Assembly: GCA_964016885.1 (NCBI GenBank)
Contig: OZ024743.1
Coordinates: 39,432,001-39,496,000, forward strand
Direction of reading: 5' to 3'
DNA length: 64,000 bases
Source: Eledone cirrhosa
Lineage: Eukaryota
In this document: piece after piece, positions 25,138 through 36,460 of the stretch
Layout of the letters: every line of letters begins with the position of its first letter
How positions within the stretch are numbered: the first letter of the stretch is position 1
Made by a program: the position numbers and the translations under genes
The notes under the pieces: generated by a model
What the model was told of the DNA's origin: nothing
Databases searched by the model: none
Seen by the model: the letters and a program-made list of their open reading frames with translations, nothing else

Positions 25138-28100
25138 TCAGATATTCAGGACGTATCGGAGGGTTCTTGCCGTTCCAAGCAAGCATGCCTTTTGAAGCGT
25201 TCCAAAAAGCGTGAAGGGGCCGATTTTCTTTAACCATCCCTGGAAACCTTTGGAGATAGTCCCCAGTGCGCCTATGACAATCGGGATCACTTTGACTTCA
25301 TGGCAGTTCCAAATCCTTTTCATCTCCCACTTTAGGTCCTGGTATCGGTTAATTTTCTCCCTCTCCTTCTCTTGCACTCTCGTGTCGAACGGGCAGGCCA
25401 CATCCACAATCAGGCACGATCTTTTTTCTTTGTCCACAACCACCAGGTCAGGTCTATTGTGTTCCAGTTTTTTGTCCGTCTGTATCCTAAAATCCCACAG
25501 CACCTTCACCTGACTGTTCTCCATCACCGCCTCTGGCCTATGCTCATACCATTTCTCAGAATGTGGTAGATTGTTTACTTTGCACAGGTGCCAGTGGATC
25601 ACCCTGCCCATCACATCGTGTCTCCAGCCCTTATAGTGGGTCTGGGCTAGGTGTTTACACTCGGACACAATGTGAGCCACAGTCTCCTCTCTCTCTCCAC
25701 AGATCCTGCACAGTGGGCTAGCCTCCTCCTTGTAGATATGGTGCTTCAACCACTTCGTTTTGAGGGCCTGCTCCTGCGCAGCCATTAGCATTCCTTCTGT
25801 AGCCTTTTTGAGGTCTCCTCTTCTCAACCAGTTCCATGTCTGTGGATCTCTAAATTCAGTTTTCTCAAAGAAGGTACTATGAAGGGATTTTCCCTTAAGG
25901 CTGCTCTTCCTCCTTGATGTTATTTCCTCCTTGGATATCCCCTGGCCTACTGTCCCCTCCTTCAGTACAGCTCTGAGCATTGGCTCCTTACTATAGGTCA
26001 CGTATTTGTATAGGTTCTTTTTCTCCATCTGAACACAGTCCTCTATGCTGATAAGACCTCTTCCACCCTCAGATCTCCTTAGGTAGAGTCTATCGACATC
26101 ACTCCTCTTGTGGAACATGTTGTAGATAGTCAATAGCTTCCTAGTCTTCCTATCCATTTCTTTTTGTTCAGCAACATTCCATCTCAGAATTCCCGCACTG
26201 TACCTAATAATAGACACAGCTCGGGAATTTACTGCGCTTATGGCATTTCTGCTGTTCAGATGTGACTTCAATACGCTCCTTACTCTCCGAATGTATTCAG
26301 TTCTTAACAATTCCTTCATTTTTTTGTTCTTTATGCCATCAGCCTCCAGAACGCCCAAATACTTGTATCCTTCCTCAGAGTCAATTTCCTTTATCATCTC
26401 ACCTGTTGGTATCTGGATCCCGTTACTTCTGCTCAACCTACCCCTCCTCATCACAATGACTCCACATTTACCAATACCAAACTGCATACATATATCACTG
26501 CTGAAAATACGGACAGTGTCAACAAGCACATCCAACTCCTTCTCACTTTTCCCGAAGAGCTTAAGATCGTCCATGAAGAGGAGGTGATTGATGGTAAGCT
26601 CTCCCCTTCCCAACTTGTATCCTGCTCTCACTTTTCGCAGCATAATGGTCAAGGGCATCAGGGCAAGGACAAACAACAGAGGGGACAGGCTATCTCCCTG
26701 GAAGATACCTCTCTTGATCTTCACGCTTCCCAAGGATACTCCAGTTGATGTCAACTCTGTCTCCCAGGACCCCATACTCCTGCCCAGCAACTGTCTGATG
26801 TTATCTGCCACCCTGAAGATCTCCAGGCTTTTGGTGATCCAGGAATGAGGCACCATGTCAAATGCCTTTCTGTAGTCTATCCATCCCATGGCAAGATCAG
26901 TGTGTCTCCTCCTGCAATTCCCCATTACCATCTTATCAATAAGCAACTGGTCCTTTGTACCACGTGACTTCTTTCGGCATCCTTTCTGTTCGTCCGGCAA
27001 CAAGTTGTTTGTGTGGAGGTGATGGTAGATTTCCTCAGACACAATGCTCGTCAACAGTTTCCACATTACGGGCAGACATGTGATAGGTCTATAGTTGGTA
27101 ACATCATTACCCTTGATTCGGTCTTTCATTATCAGAACTGTGGTACCTTTTGTCAACCACTCTGGCACCTCACCCGACACCAAGCAGTCATTGAACATGG
27201 CCGTCAGCTTCGGGTGGAGGGATGTTAAATGTTTAATCCAATACCCCTGCACACCATCTGGGCCTGGTGATTTCCAGTTGGTTAGTTTTTTGGCTTGCCC
27301 CTTAAGAGTTTCAACTGTGATACTCAAATCAGTCTGTTGCTGTGCCTGCTCACCGATCTCCCTCTGTACTGTCTCAATCCACCCTGCCTGGGCATTGTGT
27401 CTAACATCCTGCTCCCATATTCCTCTCCAGAATGTTTTAGCTTGTTCCGCCCCAGGGATCAAGTCGTTGCCTCTTTCTTTCCCCTCAAGCTGTCCAAACA
27501 GCATCTTCTGGTTGTTGTCGAACATGCGGTTCTGTTTATACTGACTGACTCTGTTCTCGTATCGCCTGATTTTGGCACTCTTTGCTACAATGCGTTGCTT
27601 CAATTCCTCTATGATAATATTTAGCTTTTTACTCCTAGTTTTGTATTTTATTTCCAGTCTATTTTTAGTGCCTATGTTTTTTAGTGTCCCATTCAGTAGT
27701 GACTCAAGCTTTCCTATGTCATTTCTCATTTCCCCGATTTGCCCACTCAGTCGCTTCTTCCACCACGGCTCTGCTCTTTCTTGTCTGTTGTTTCCTCTCG
27801 CTTTTATACCAAGTAGTTTCCTCACCGTATTTGCTGTTGCTTTGAGGATATTGTTGCACTGGTGAAGACTCCTCGCCTCAAGGTATGGGATGACTTTGTT
27901 TACCTTAGCTGTTGTTTCTTTTAACTTTTTCCTGTCTACAAATCTTAGGTTCATAGGTCTCCCACTATCATTGTTCAACTCATCTACCACTAAATTTAGG
28001 ATGTCAACCGAATCTTGTCCTAGCCCGTCAGCATTCATCTCCTCAGTGGCCGTATCTCTGTTCCAGGTATTATTTATCTCAGTATTCAGATCATTGTCTG

Positions 28101-28530
28101 CTTCGGGTGGTTCCTCCGTTCTCAGGACCTCCTCACCTTCATTTCCCGCCGGCTCGCTTGTCTGGCATACTACACCCGCCATCTCCAAGCCATTCTCTCT
28201 GCTCAGTTCCTCCAGTTCCAGCTCGCTTATCCACCCATTAGTTCTTATTACCCGAGCCTGCCCGGCCAATTTTTGTTCATCTAATTTAAATAAACCAATC
28301 TCGTTCCAGATGTTATGCATCCGTCTCCTGTAGCCCCTCTCCTTGGGGTTACTTTTCAGGTAGCATTGCATAACAGTTCTATTCAATTCTTTCGTCCAGT
28401 TGGTTCTGGCCCCTTTCCTTCTTCTTCTTTCTCCAACATCAGCAGTATTTTGTTGACAGTCAGGTTCCTGCTGCTGAGCCAGGGGGCACCTGTTGGGTGA
28501 GAGTCTGTCACATGACGTTCTAGTCTCCAT
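25138..28530 (-). CDS. R4/Dong-type RT plus restriction-like endonuclease protein, 1130 aa, intact
   Basis: SPGPDG, NYRPITCL, DYRKAFD, QGDSLSP, FMDD; CRIC-x8-H-x4-C; RH..RPD..D..K motifs. Confidence 0.96.
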   Translation of the reverse strand: METRTSCDRLSPNRCPLAQQQEPDCQQNTADVGERRRRKGARTNWTKELNRTVMQCYLKSNPKERGYRRRMHNIWNEIGLFKLDEQKLAGQARVIRTNGWISELELEELSRENGLEMAGVVCQTSEPAGNEGEEVLRTEEPPEADNDLNTEINNTWNRDTATEEMNADGLGQDSVDILNLVVDELNNDSGRPMNLRFVDRKKLKETTAKVNKVIPYLEARSLHQCNNILKATANTVRKLLGIKARGNNRQERAEPWWKKRLSGQIGEMRNDIGKLESLLNGTLKNIGTKNRLEIKYKTRSKKLNIIIEELKQRIVAKSAKIRRYENRVSQYKQNRMFDNNQKMLFGQLEGKERGNDLIPGAEQAKTFWRGIWEQDVRHNAQAGWIETVQREIGEQAQQQTDLSITVETLKGQAKKLTNWKSPGPDGVQGYWIKHLTSLHPKLTAMFNDCLVSGEVPEWLTKGTTVLIMKDRIKGNDVTNYRPITCLPVMWKLLTSIVSEEIYHHLHTNNLLPDEQKGCRKKSRGTKDQLLIDKMVMGNCRRRHTDLAMGWIDYRKAFDMVPHSWITKSLEIFRVADNIRQLLGRSMGSWETELTSTGVSLGSVKIKRGIFQGDSLSPLLFVLALMPLTIMLRKVRAGYKLGRGELTINHLLFMDDLKLFGKSEKELDVLVDTVRIFSSDICMQFGIGKCGVIVMRRGRLSRSNGIQIPTGEMIKEIDSEEGYKYLGVLEADGIKNKKMKELLRTEYIRRVRSVLKSHLNSRNAISAVNSRAVSIIRYSAGILRWNVAEQKEMDRKTRKLLTIYNMFHKRSDVDRLYLRRSEGGRGLISIEDCVQMEKKNLYKYVTYSKEPMLRAVLKEGTVGQGISKEEITSRRKSSLKGKSLHSTFFEKTEFRDPQTWNWLRRGDLKKATEGMLMAAQEQALKTKWLKHHIYKEEASPLCRICGEREETVAHIVSECKHLAQTHYKGWRHDVMGRVIHWHLCKVNNLPHSEKWYEHRPEAVMENSQVKVLWDFRIQTDKKLEHNRPDLVVVDKEKRSCLIVDVACPFDTRVQEKEREKINRYQDLKWEMKRIWNCHEVKVIPIVIGALGTISKGFQGWLKKIGPFTLFGTLQKACLLGTARTLRYVLNI

Positions 28531-29099
28531 TTCACCGTTATTCGAACTGTTTATGTTCGATATTTAAACACTCTTATCGAGGATTGGCGAATGTATGTTT
28601 ACATAGCCATCTGTGGATCCGCCATCCCACTTGGCCCTTGTGTGGCATTATCACCACGCTGTATACGGACACACGTAAACAAACAAACACACGGGCAGAA
28701 AGGGCCCCAAAAATGAATAAGCATAAGTTTCATTGTAATGTAGTATTCGAATGTCTGACTTAGTTTTTGTTTTTTAAGTTTTACTTTTTCCCCCCTCTTC
28801 TCTGTCCGTCCGCCTGCTTCTCTCTTCATTCTTATTTTCTTTACGTTTTGGGGGTTTCTTTTTTTGTTTTTGTTTTTCTCTGTTTTTCTCGTTTTTTACT
28901 GTTGTTGCTGTGCTGCTTTTGTTGTTTGTTTTTTTCTTTTTTCTTTTGAGTCTATCTATATATTTTGATGCCTTCCTCTTTGTTAGTATTAGGAATTCTA
29001 TAATGTGGAAGTGGTAGCCAGCAGAGACTGGCGGCGTTGGCGATACTGAGACAGTGGTGGTGGTGATGTCGATACCGAGGCAGTGGTGGCGGTGATGCG

Positions 29100-29748
29100 A
29101 CCGTATTACTGTAGAGATGGTGCTGTAGCGGTGGCAGCAGCAGTGAAGGAGTCAGGGGGTGGTGGCGGCGGTGATGGGATAGTGGTGGTAATGATGGCCG
29201 TAGTGAGCGGTGGCGGTGAAGGTGAAAATGCTGTTGTGTTTAGTGTACACAGATGATGGGGTGGGTGGTGTATCTAGTTTCTGGTGTTGGTGAGTTTCGC
29301 TGTCCTATATAGTGTAGCCAGAGGAGAGGAGGGGGGGGTTCTTCTTCTTCCATTTATAGCCATTTTTTTTTTTTTTTTTGGATATACAGTGTACAATACA
29401 AAGTTGAATATTCGAATATTTGAGCCGTATTACTGTAGTGATGGTGCTGTAGCGGTGGCAGCAGCAGTGAAGGAGTCAAGGGGTGGTGGCGGCGGTGATG
29501 GGATAGTGGTGGTAATGATGGCCGTAGTGAGCAGTGGCGGTGAAGGTGAAAATGCTGTTGTGTTTAGTGTACACAGATGATGGGGTGGGTGGTGTATCTA
29601 GTTTCTGGTGTTGGTGAGTTTAGCTGTCCTATATAGTGTAGCCAGAGGAGAGGAGGGGGGGGGGGTTCTTCTTCTTCCATTTATAGCCATTTTTTTTTTT
29701 TTGATATACAGTGTACAATACAAAGTTGAATATTTGAATATTTGAGCC
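29100..29748. repeat. about 325-bp tandem duplication in the Dong upstream region (also at about 33990-34635)
   Basis: CCGTATTACTGTAG...GAATATTTGAGCC occurs twice per element. Confidence 0.93.
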
Positions 29749-29914
29749 TTATAACAATATATTTTGTGTCCGAATTTTTTGGGGGCTCAAGCCGGGTGCT
29801 TTACGTAGCATTTGTACTAAGAGTTGTTATTTCACAAATGATTTAAATATGTTAAAAATTCAAAACTTACGGGAGCGATTTCATGACCTCCGTCACCTCG
29901 TGCGTCTTCTTCCC

Positions 29915-32900
29915 TTATTATTATTATTATTATTATTATTGTTATTGTTATTCCTTGAATCTCAGTCATTGATGTTGGTTAACTGGAAAGTCCGTTGGAT
30001 TGAATATCAAGCCACTACCTGCAGCCTCAGATATTCAGGACGTATCGGAGGGTTCTTGCCGTTCCAAGCAAGCCTGCCTTTTGAAGCGTTCCAAAAAGCG
30101 TGAAGGGGCCGATTTTCTTTAACCATCCCTGGAAACCTTTGGAGATAGTCCCCAGTGCGCCTATGACAATCGGGATCACTTTGACTTCATGGCAGTTCCA
30201 AATCCTTTTCACCTCCCACTTTAGGTCCTGGTATCGGTTAATTTTCTCCCTCTCCTTCTCTTGCACTCTCGTGTCGAACGGGCAGGCCACATCCACAATC
30301 AGGCACGATCTTTTTTCTTTGTCCACAACCACCAGGTCAGGTCTAATGTGTTCCAGTTTTTTGTCCGTCTGTATCCTAAAATCCCACAGGACCTTCACCT
30401 GACTGTTCTCTATCACCGCCTCTGGCCTATGCTCATACCATTTCTCAGAATGTGGTAGATTGTTTACTTTGCACAGGTGCCAGTGGATCACCCTGCCCAT
30501 CACATCGTGTCTCCAGCCCTTATAGTGGGTCTGGGCTAGGTGTTTACACTCGGACACAATGTGAGCCACAGTCTCCTCTCTCTCTCCACAGATCCTGCAC
30601 AGTGGGCTAGCCTCCTCCTTGTAGATATGGTGCTTCAACCACTTCGTTTTGAGGGCCTGCTCCTGCGCAGCCATTAGCATTCCTTCTGTAGCCTTTTTGA
30701 GGTCTCCTCTTCTCAACCAGTTCCATGTCTGTGGATCTCTAAATTCAGTTTTCTCAAAGAAGGTACTATGAAGGGATTTTCCCTTAAGGCTGCTCTTCCT
30801 CCTTGATGTTATTTCCTCCTTGGGTATCCCCTGGCCTACTGTCCCCTCCTTCAGTACAGCTCTGAGCACTGGCTCCTTACTATAGGTCACGTATTTGTAT
30901 AGGTTGTTTTTCTCCATCTGAACACAGTCCTCTATGCTGATAAGACCTCTTCCACCCTCAGATCTCCTTAGGTAGAGTCTATCGACATCACTCCTCTTGT
31001 GGAACATGTTGTAGATAGTCAATAGCTTCCTAGTCTTCCTATCCATTTCTTTTTGTTCAGCAACATTCCATCTCAGAATTCCCGCACTGTACCTAATAAT
31101 AGACACAGCTCGGGAATTTACTGCGCTTATGGCATTTCTGCTGTTCAGATGTGGCTTCAATACGCTCCTTACTCTCCGAATGTATTCAGTTCTTAACAAT
31201 TCCTTCATTTTTTTGTTCTTTATGCCATCAGCCTCCAGAACGCCCAAATACTTGTATCCTTCCTCAGAGTCAATTTCCTTTATCATCTCACCTGTTGGTA
31301 TCTGGATCCCGTTACTTCTGCTCAACCTACCCCTCCTCATCACAATGACTCCACATTTACAAATACCAAACTGCATACATATATCACTGCTGAAAATACG
31401 GACAGTGTCAACAAGCACATCCAACTCCTTCTCACTTTTCACGAAGAGCTTAAGATCGTCCATGAAGAGGAGGTGATTGATGGTAAGCTCTCCCCTTCCC
31501 AACTTGTATCCTGCTCTCACTTTTCGCAGCATAATGGTCAAGGGCATCAGGGCAAGGACAAACAACAGAGGGGACAGGCTATCTCCCTGGAAGATACCTC
31601 TCTTGATCTTCACGCTTCCCAACGATACTCCAGTTGATGTCAACTCTGTCTCCCAGGACCCCATACTCCTGCCCAGCAACTGTCTGATGTTATCTGCCAC
31701 CCTGAAGATCTCCAGGCTTTTGGTGATCCAGGAATGAGGCACCATGTCAAATGCCTTTCTGTAGTCTATCCATCCCATGGCAAGATCAGTGTGTCTCCTC
31801 CTGCAATTCCCCATTACCATCTTATCAATAAGCAACTGGTCCTTTGTACCACGTGACTTCTTTCGGCATCCTTTCTGTTCGTCCGGCAACAAGTTGTTTG
31901 TGTGGAGGTGATGGTAGATTTCCTCAGACACAATGCTCGTCAACAGTTTCCACATTACGGGCAGACATGTGATAGGTCTATAGTTGGTAACATCATTACC
32001 CTTGATTCGGTCTTTCATTATCAGAACTGTGGTACCTTTTGTCAACCACTCTGGCACCTCACCCGACACCAAGCAGTCATTGAACATGGCCGTCAGCTTC
32101 GGGTGGAGGGATGTTAAATGTTTAATCCAATACCCCTGCACACCATCTGGGCCTGGTGATTTCCAGTTGGTTAGTTTTTTGGCTTGCCCCTTAAGAGTTT
32201 CAACTGTGATACTCAAATCAGTCTGTTGCTGTGCCTGCTCACCGATCTCCCTCTGTACTGTCTCAATCCACCCTGCCTGGGCATTGTGTCTAACATCCTG
32301 CTCCCATATTCCTCTCCAGAATGTTTTAGCTTGTTCCGCCCCAGGGATCAAGTCGTTGCCTCTTTCTTTCCCCTCAAGCTGTCCAAACAGCATCTTCTGG
32401 TTGTTGTCGAACATGCGGTTCTGTTTATACTGACTGACTCTGTTCTCGTATCGCCTGATTTTGGCACTCTTTGCTACAATGCGTTGCTTCAATTCCTCTA
32501 TGATAATATTTAGCTTTTTACTCCTAGTTTTGTATTTTATTTCCAGTCTATTTTTAGTGCCTATGTTTTTTAGTGTCCCATTCAGTAGTGACTCAAGCTT
32601 TCCTATGTCATTTCTCATTTCCCCGATTTGCCCACTCAGTCGCTTCTTCCACCACGGCTCTGCTCTTTCTTGTCTGTTGTTTCCTCTCGCTTTTATACCA
32701 AGTAGTTTCCTCACCGTATTTGCTGTTGCTTTGAGGATATTGTTGCACTGGTGAAGACTCCTCGCCTCAAGGTATGGGATGACTTTGTTTACCTTAGCTG
32801 TTGTTTCTTTTAACTTTTTCCTGTCTACAAATCTTAGGTTCATAGGTCTCCCACTATCATTGTTCAACTCATCTACCACTAAATTTAGGATGTCAACCGA

Positions 32901-34799
32901 ATCTTGTCCTAGCCCGTCAGCATTCATCTCCTCAGTGGCCGTATCTCTGTTCCAGGTATTATTTATCTCAGTATTCAGATCATTGTCTGCTTCGGGTGGT
33001 TCCTCCGTTCTCAGGACCTCCTCACCTTCATTTCCCGCCGGCTCGCTTGTCTGGCATACTACACCCGCCATCTCCAAGCCATTCTCTCTGCTCAGTTCCT
33101 CCAGTTCCAGCTCGCTTATCCACCCATTAGTTCTTATTACCCGAGCCTGCCCGGCCAATTTTTGTTCATCTAATTTAAATAAACCAATCTCGTTCCAGAT
33201 GTTATGCATCCGTCTCCTGTAGCCCCTCTCCTTGGGGTTACTTTTCAGGTAGCATTGCATAACAGTTCTATTCAATTCTTTCGTCCAGTTGGTTCTGGCC
33301 CCTTTCCTTCTTCTTCTTCCTCCAACATCAGCAGTATTTGGTTGACAGTCAGGTTCCTGCTGCTGAGCCAGGGGGCACCTGTTGGGTGAGAGTCTGTCAC
33401 ATGACGTTCTAGTCTCCATTTCACCGTTATTCGAACTGTTTATGTTCGATATTTAAACACTCTTATCGAGGATTGGCGAATGTATGTTTACATAGCCATC
33501 TGTGGATCCGCCATCCCACTTGGCCCTTGTGTGGCATTATCACCACGCTGTATACGGACACACATAAACAAACAAACACACGGGCAGAAAGGGCCCCAAA
33601 AATGAATAAGCATAAGTTTCATTGTAATGTAGTATTCGAATGTCTGACTTAGTTTTTGTTTTTTAAGTTTTACTTTTTCCCCCCTCTTCTCTGTCCGTCC
33701 GCCTGCTTCTCTCTTCATTCTTATTTTCTTTACGTTTTTGGGGTTTCTTTTTTTGTTTTTGTTTTTCTCTGTTTTTCTCGTTTTTTACTGTTGTTGCTGT
33801 GCTGCTTTTGTTGTTTGTTTTTTTCTTTTTTCTTTTGAGTCTATCTATATATTTTGATGCCTTCCTCTTTGTTAGTAGTAGGAATTCTATAATGTGGAAG
33901 TGGTAGCCAGCAGAGACTGGCGGCGTTGGCGATACTGAGACAGTGGTGGTGGTGATGTCGATACCGAGGCAGTGGTGGCGGTGATGCGACCGTATTACTG
34001 TAGTGATGGTGCTGTAGCGGTGGCAGCAGCAGTGAAGGAGTCAGGGGGTGGTGGCGGCGGTGATGGGATAGTGGTGGTAATGATGGCCGTAGTGAGCGGT
34101 GGCGGTGAAGGTGAAAATGCTGTTGTGTTTAGTGTACACAGATGATGGGGTGGGTGGTGTATCTAGTTTCTGGTGTTGGTGAGTTTCGCTGTCCTATATA
34201 GTGTAGCCAGAGGAGAGGAGGGGGGGGTCTTCTTCTTCCATTTATAGCCATTTTATTATTTTTTTTGGATATACAGTGTACAATACAAAGTTGAATATTT
34301 GAATATTTGAGCCGTATTACTGTAGTGATGGTGCTGTAGCGGTGGCAGCAGCAGTGAAGGAGTCAAGGGGTGGTGGCGGCGGTGATGGGATAGTGGTGGT
34401 AATGATGGCCGTAGTGAGCGGTGGCGGTGAAGGTGAAAATGCTGTTGTGTTTAATGTACACAGATGATGGGGTGGGTGGTGTATCTAGTTTCTGGTGTTG
34501 GTGAGTTTAGCTGTCCTATATAGTGTAGCCAGAGGAGAGGAGGGGGGGGGGTTCTTCTTCTTCCATTTATAGCCATTTTTTTTTTTTTTGATATACAGTG
34601 TACAATACAAAGTTGAATATTTGAATATTTGAGCCTTATAACTATATTTTGGGTCCGAATTTTTTTGGGGCTCAAGCCGGGTGCTTTACGTAGCATTTGT
34701 ACTAAGAGTTGTTATTTCACAAATGATTTAAATATGTTAAAAATTCAAAACTTACGGGAGCGATTTCATGACCTCCGTCACCTCGTGCGTCTTCTTCCC
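29915..34799 (-). mobile_element. R4/Dong-clade element, copy 2, apparently full length
   Basis: Near-identical to copy 1 with ORF offset 4889; (TAA)n on both sides. Confidence 0.92.
30027..33419 (-). CDS. R4/Dong-type RT plus RLE protein, 1130 aa, open frame
   Basis: Same motifs as copy 1; about 12 aa differences. Confidence 0.96.
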   Translation of the reverse strand: METRTSCDRLSPNRCPLAQQQEPDCQPNTADVGGRRRRKGARTNWTKELNRTVMQCYLKSNPKERGYRRRMHNIWNEIGLFKLDEQKLAGQARVIRTNGWISELELEELSRENGLEMAGVVCQTSEPAGNEGEEVLRTEEPPEADNDLNTEINNTWNRDTATEEMNADGLGQDSVDILNLVVDELNNDSGRPMNLRFVDRKKLKETTAKVNKVIPYLEARSLHQCNNILKATANTVRKLLGIKARGNNRQERAEPWWKKRLSGQIGEMRNDIGKLESLLNGTLKNIGTKNRLEIKYKTRSKKLNIIIEELKQRIVAKSAKIRRYENRVSQYKQNRMFDNNQKMLFGQLEGKERGNDLIPGAEQAKTFWRGIWEQDVRHNAQAGWIETVQREIGEQAQQQTDLSITVETLKGQAKKLTNWKSPGPDGVQGYWIKHLTSLHPKLTAMFNDCLVSGEVPEWLTKGTTVLIMKDRIKGNDVTNYRPITCLPVMWKLLTSIVSEEIYHHLHTNNLLPDEQKGCRKKSRGTKDQLLIDKMVMGNCRRRHTDLAMGWIDYRKAFDMVPHSWITKSLEIFRVADNIRQLLGRSMGSWETELTSTGVSLGSVKIKRGIFQGDSLSPLLFVLALMPLTIMLRKVRAGYKLGRGELTINHLLFMDDLKLFVKSEKELDVLVDTVRIFSSDICMQFGICKCGVIVMRRGRLSRSNGIQIPTGEMIKEIDSEEGYKYLGVLEADGIKNKKMKELLRTEYIRRVRSVLKPHLNSRNAISAVNSRAVSIIRYSAGILRWNVAEQKEMDRKTRKLLTIYNMFHKRSDVDRLYLRRSEGGRGLISIEDCVQMEKNNLYKYVTYSKEPVLRAVLKEGTVGQGIPKEEITSRRKSSLKGKSLHSTFFEKTEFRDPQTWNWLRRGDLKKATEGMLMAAQEQALKTKWLKHHIYKEEASPLCRICGEREETVAHIVSECKHLAQTHYKGWRHDVMGRVIHWHLCKVNNLPHSEKWYEHRPEAVIENSQVKVLWDFRIQTDKKLEHIRPDLVVVDKEKRSCLIVDVACPFDTRVQEKEREKINRYQDLKWEVKRIWNCHEVKVIPIVIGALGTISKGFQGWLKKIGPFTLFGTLQKAGLLGTARTLRYVLNI

Positions 34800-34880
<81 letters not shown>

Positions 34881-35788
34881 TTATTATTATTATTGTTGTT
34901 ATTCCTTGAATCTCAGTCATTGATGTTGGTTAACTGGAAAGTCCGTTGGATTGAATATCAAGCCACTACCTGCAGCCTCAGATATTCAGGACGTATCGGC
35001 GGGTTCTTGCTGTTCCAAGCAAGCATGCCTTTTGAAGCGTTCCAAAAAGCGTGAAGGGGCCGATTTTCTTTAACCATCCCTGGAAACTTTTTGGAGATAG
35101 TCCCCAATGCGCCTAGGACAATCGGGATCACTTTGACTTCATGGCATTTCCAAATCCTTTTCACCTCCCACTTTAGGTCCTGGTATCGGTTAATTTTCTC
35201 CCTCTCCTTCTCTTGCACTCTCGTGTCGAACGGGCAGGCCACATCCACAATCAGACACGATCTTTTTTCTTTGTCCACAACCACCTGGTCAGGTCTATTG
35301 TGTTCCAGTTTTTTGTCCGTCTGTATCCTAAAATCCCACAGCACCTTCACCTGATTGTTCTCCATCACCGCCTCTGGCCTATGCACATACCATTTCTCAG
35401 AATGTGGTAAATTGTTTACTTTGCATAGGTGCCAGTGGATCACCCTGCCCATCACATCGTGTCTCCAGCCCTTATAGTGGGTCTGGGCAAGGTGTTTACA
35501 CTCGGACACAATGTGAGCCACTGTCTCCTCTCTCTCTCCACAGATCCTGCACAGTGGGCTAGCCTCCTCCTTGTAGATATGGTGCTTCAACCACTTCCTT
35601 TTGAGGGCCTGCTCCTGCGCAGCCATTAGCATTCCTTCTGTAGCCTTTTTGAGGTATCCTCTTCTCAACCAGTTCCATGTCTGTGGATCTCTAAATTCAG
35701 TTTTCTCAAAGAAGGTACTATGAAGGGATTTTCCCTTAAGGCTGCTCTTCCTCCTTGATGTTATTTCCTCCTTGGACATCCCCTGGCC

Positions 35789-35790
<2 letters not shown>
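34800..35790 (-). mobile_element. R4/Dong-clade element, copy 3, 5'-truncated
   Basis: CCHC+RLE part only, with a frameshift near the end; (TAA)n at both junctions. Confidence 0.92.
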
Positions 35791-35833
<43 letters not shown>

Positions 35834-35849
35834 CGTGATTGCCACAATC

Positions 35850-36040
35850 CGTATTGAATCGGCCACTTAGAGCCACGGCACTTAACGTTCTGAGTTCAAA
35901 TCCCGTCGAGGTTGGCTTTGCCTTTCGTCCTCACAGGGTCGATGAAATGAAGTACCAGTATCACACTGGAGTCGATTTAGTCGACCTTCCATTTCTCTTC
36001 AAATTGATGCTCACGTACCTAAATCAGGAGCCATTATTAT
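35850..36040 (+). mobile_element. tRNA-SINE, diverged
   Basis: B-box and core; starts just after (TTA)n. Confidence 0.8.
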
Positions 36041-36042
36041 CA

Positions 36043-36450
36043 TTGTGCGCTTTGGAGTGTTGGCGCTGCTGAGACAAAACCCAAACAAGCAGGACAATAT
36101 AGATTATGTGGGGCCCATAACTCTGCTAAATACACAGTTCAACATTTTAGCCAAGATGTTTGCAACGTGCATGGCAGTTGGCGTCAGTGGTCGGGTAGGG
36201 AATGGCGCAAATATATGCCATTCCCTAGAGACTCATCCACGACAATCCCCATCACATGCGATACATAATAGTGAGGGTGGTTAAAGAATGTGGCATGTGT
36301 GGGGCACTGATCAACTTACTTGGAACAATCCAAAGTATTCAATAGCGTCAACAATCGTTACCTAGTGGAGATCCTCAAAGCAGCAGCCTTTGGGTCAATT
36401 TTCTGAGGATGGATGGCTGCTATGAACAGTGACATCTGATCTGTGATCAT
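36043..36450 (+). mobile_element. internal Tx1 RT fragment
   Basis: GVLALLRQNPNKQDNIDYVGPITLLNTQFNILAK aligns with the Tx1 piece at 58767-58991. Confidence 0.85.
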
Positions 36451-36460
36451 GGCATACATT

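Larger units (their letters stand above)
25015..29914 (-). mobile_element. R4/Dong-clade non-LTR retrotransposon, copy 1, apparently full length
   Basis: Single RT+RLE ORF, short 3' UTR running into (TAA)n, and about 1.38 kb of upstream sequence that begins directly after the next (TAA)n. Confidence 0.92.

Noticed and set aside
25211-28500. plus-strand ORFs antisense to Dong (also in copy 2 and Tx1)
   Set aside because: Shadow frames of the real ORF with no recognisable motifs.
28620-28710. HDV-like ribozyme in the Dong 5' region
   Set aside because: A P1-like pair exists, but the L3/P1.1 (YCC/GG) and J4/2 features are missing.
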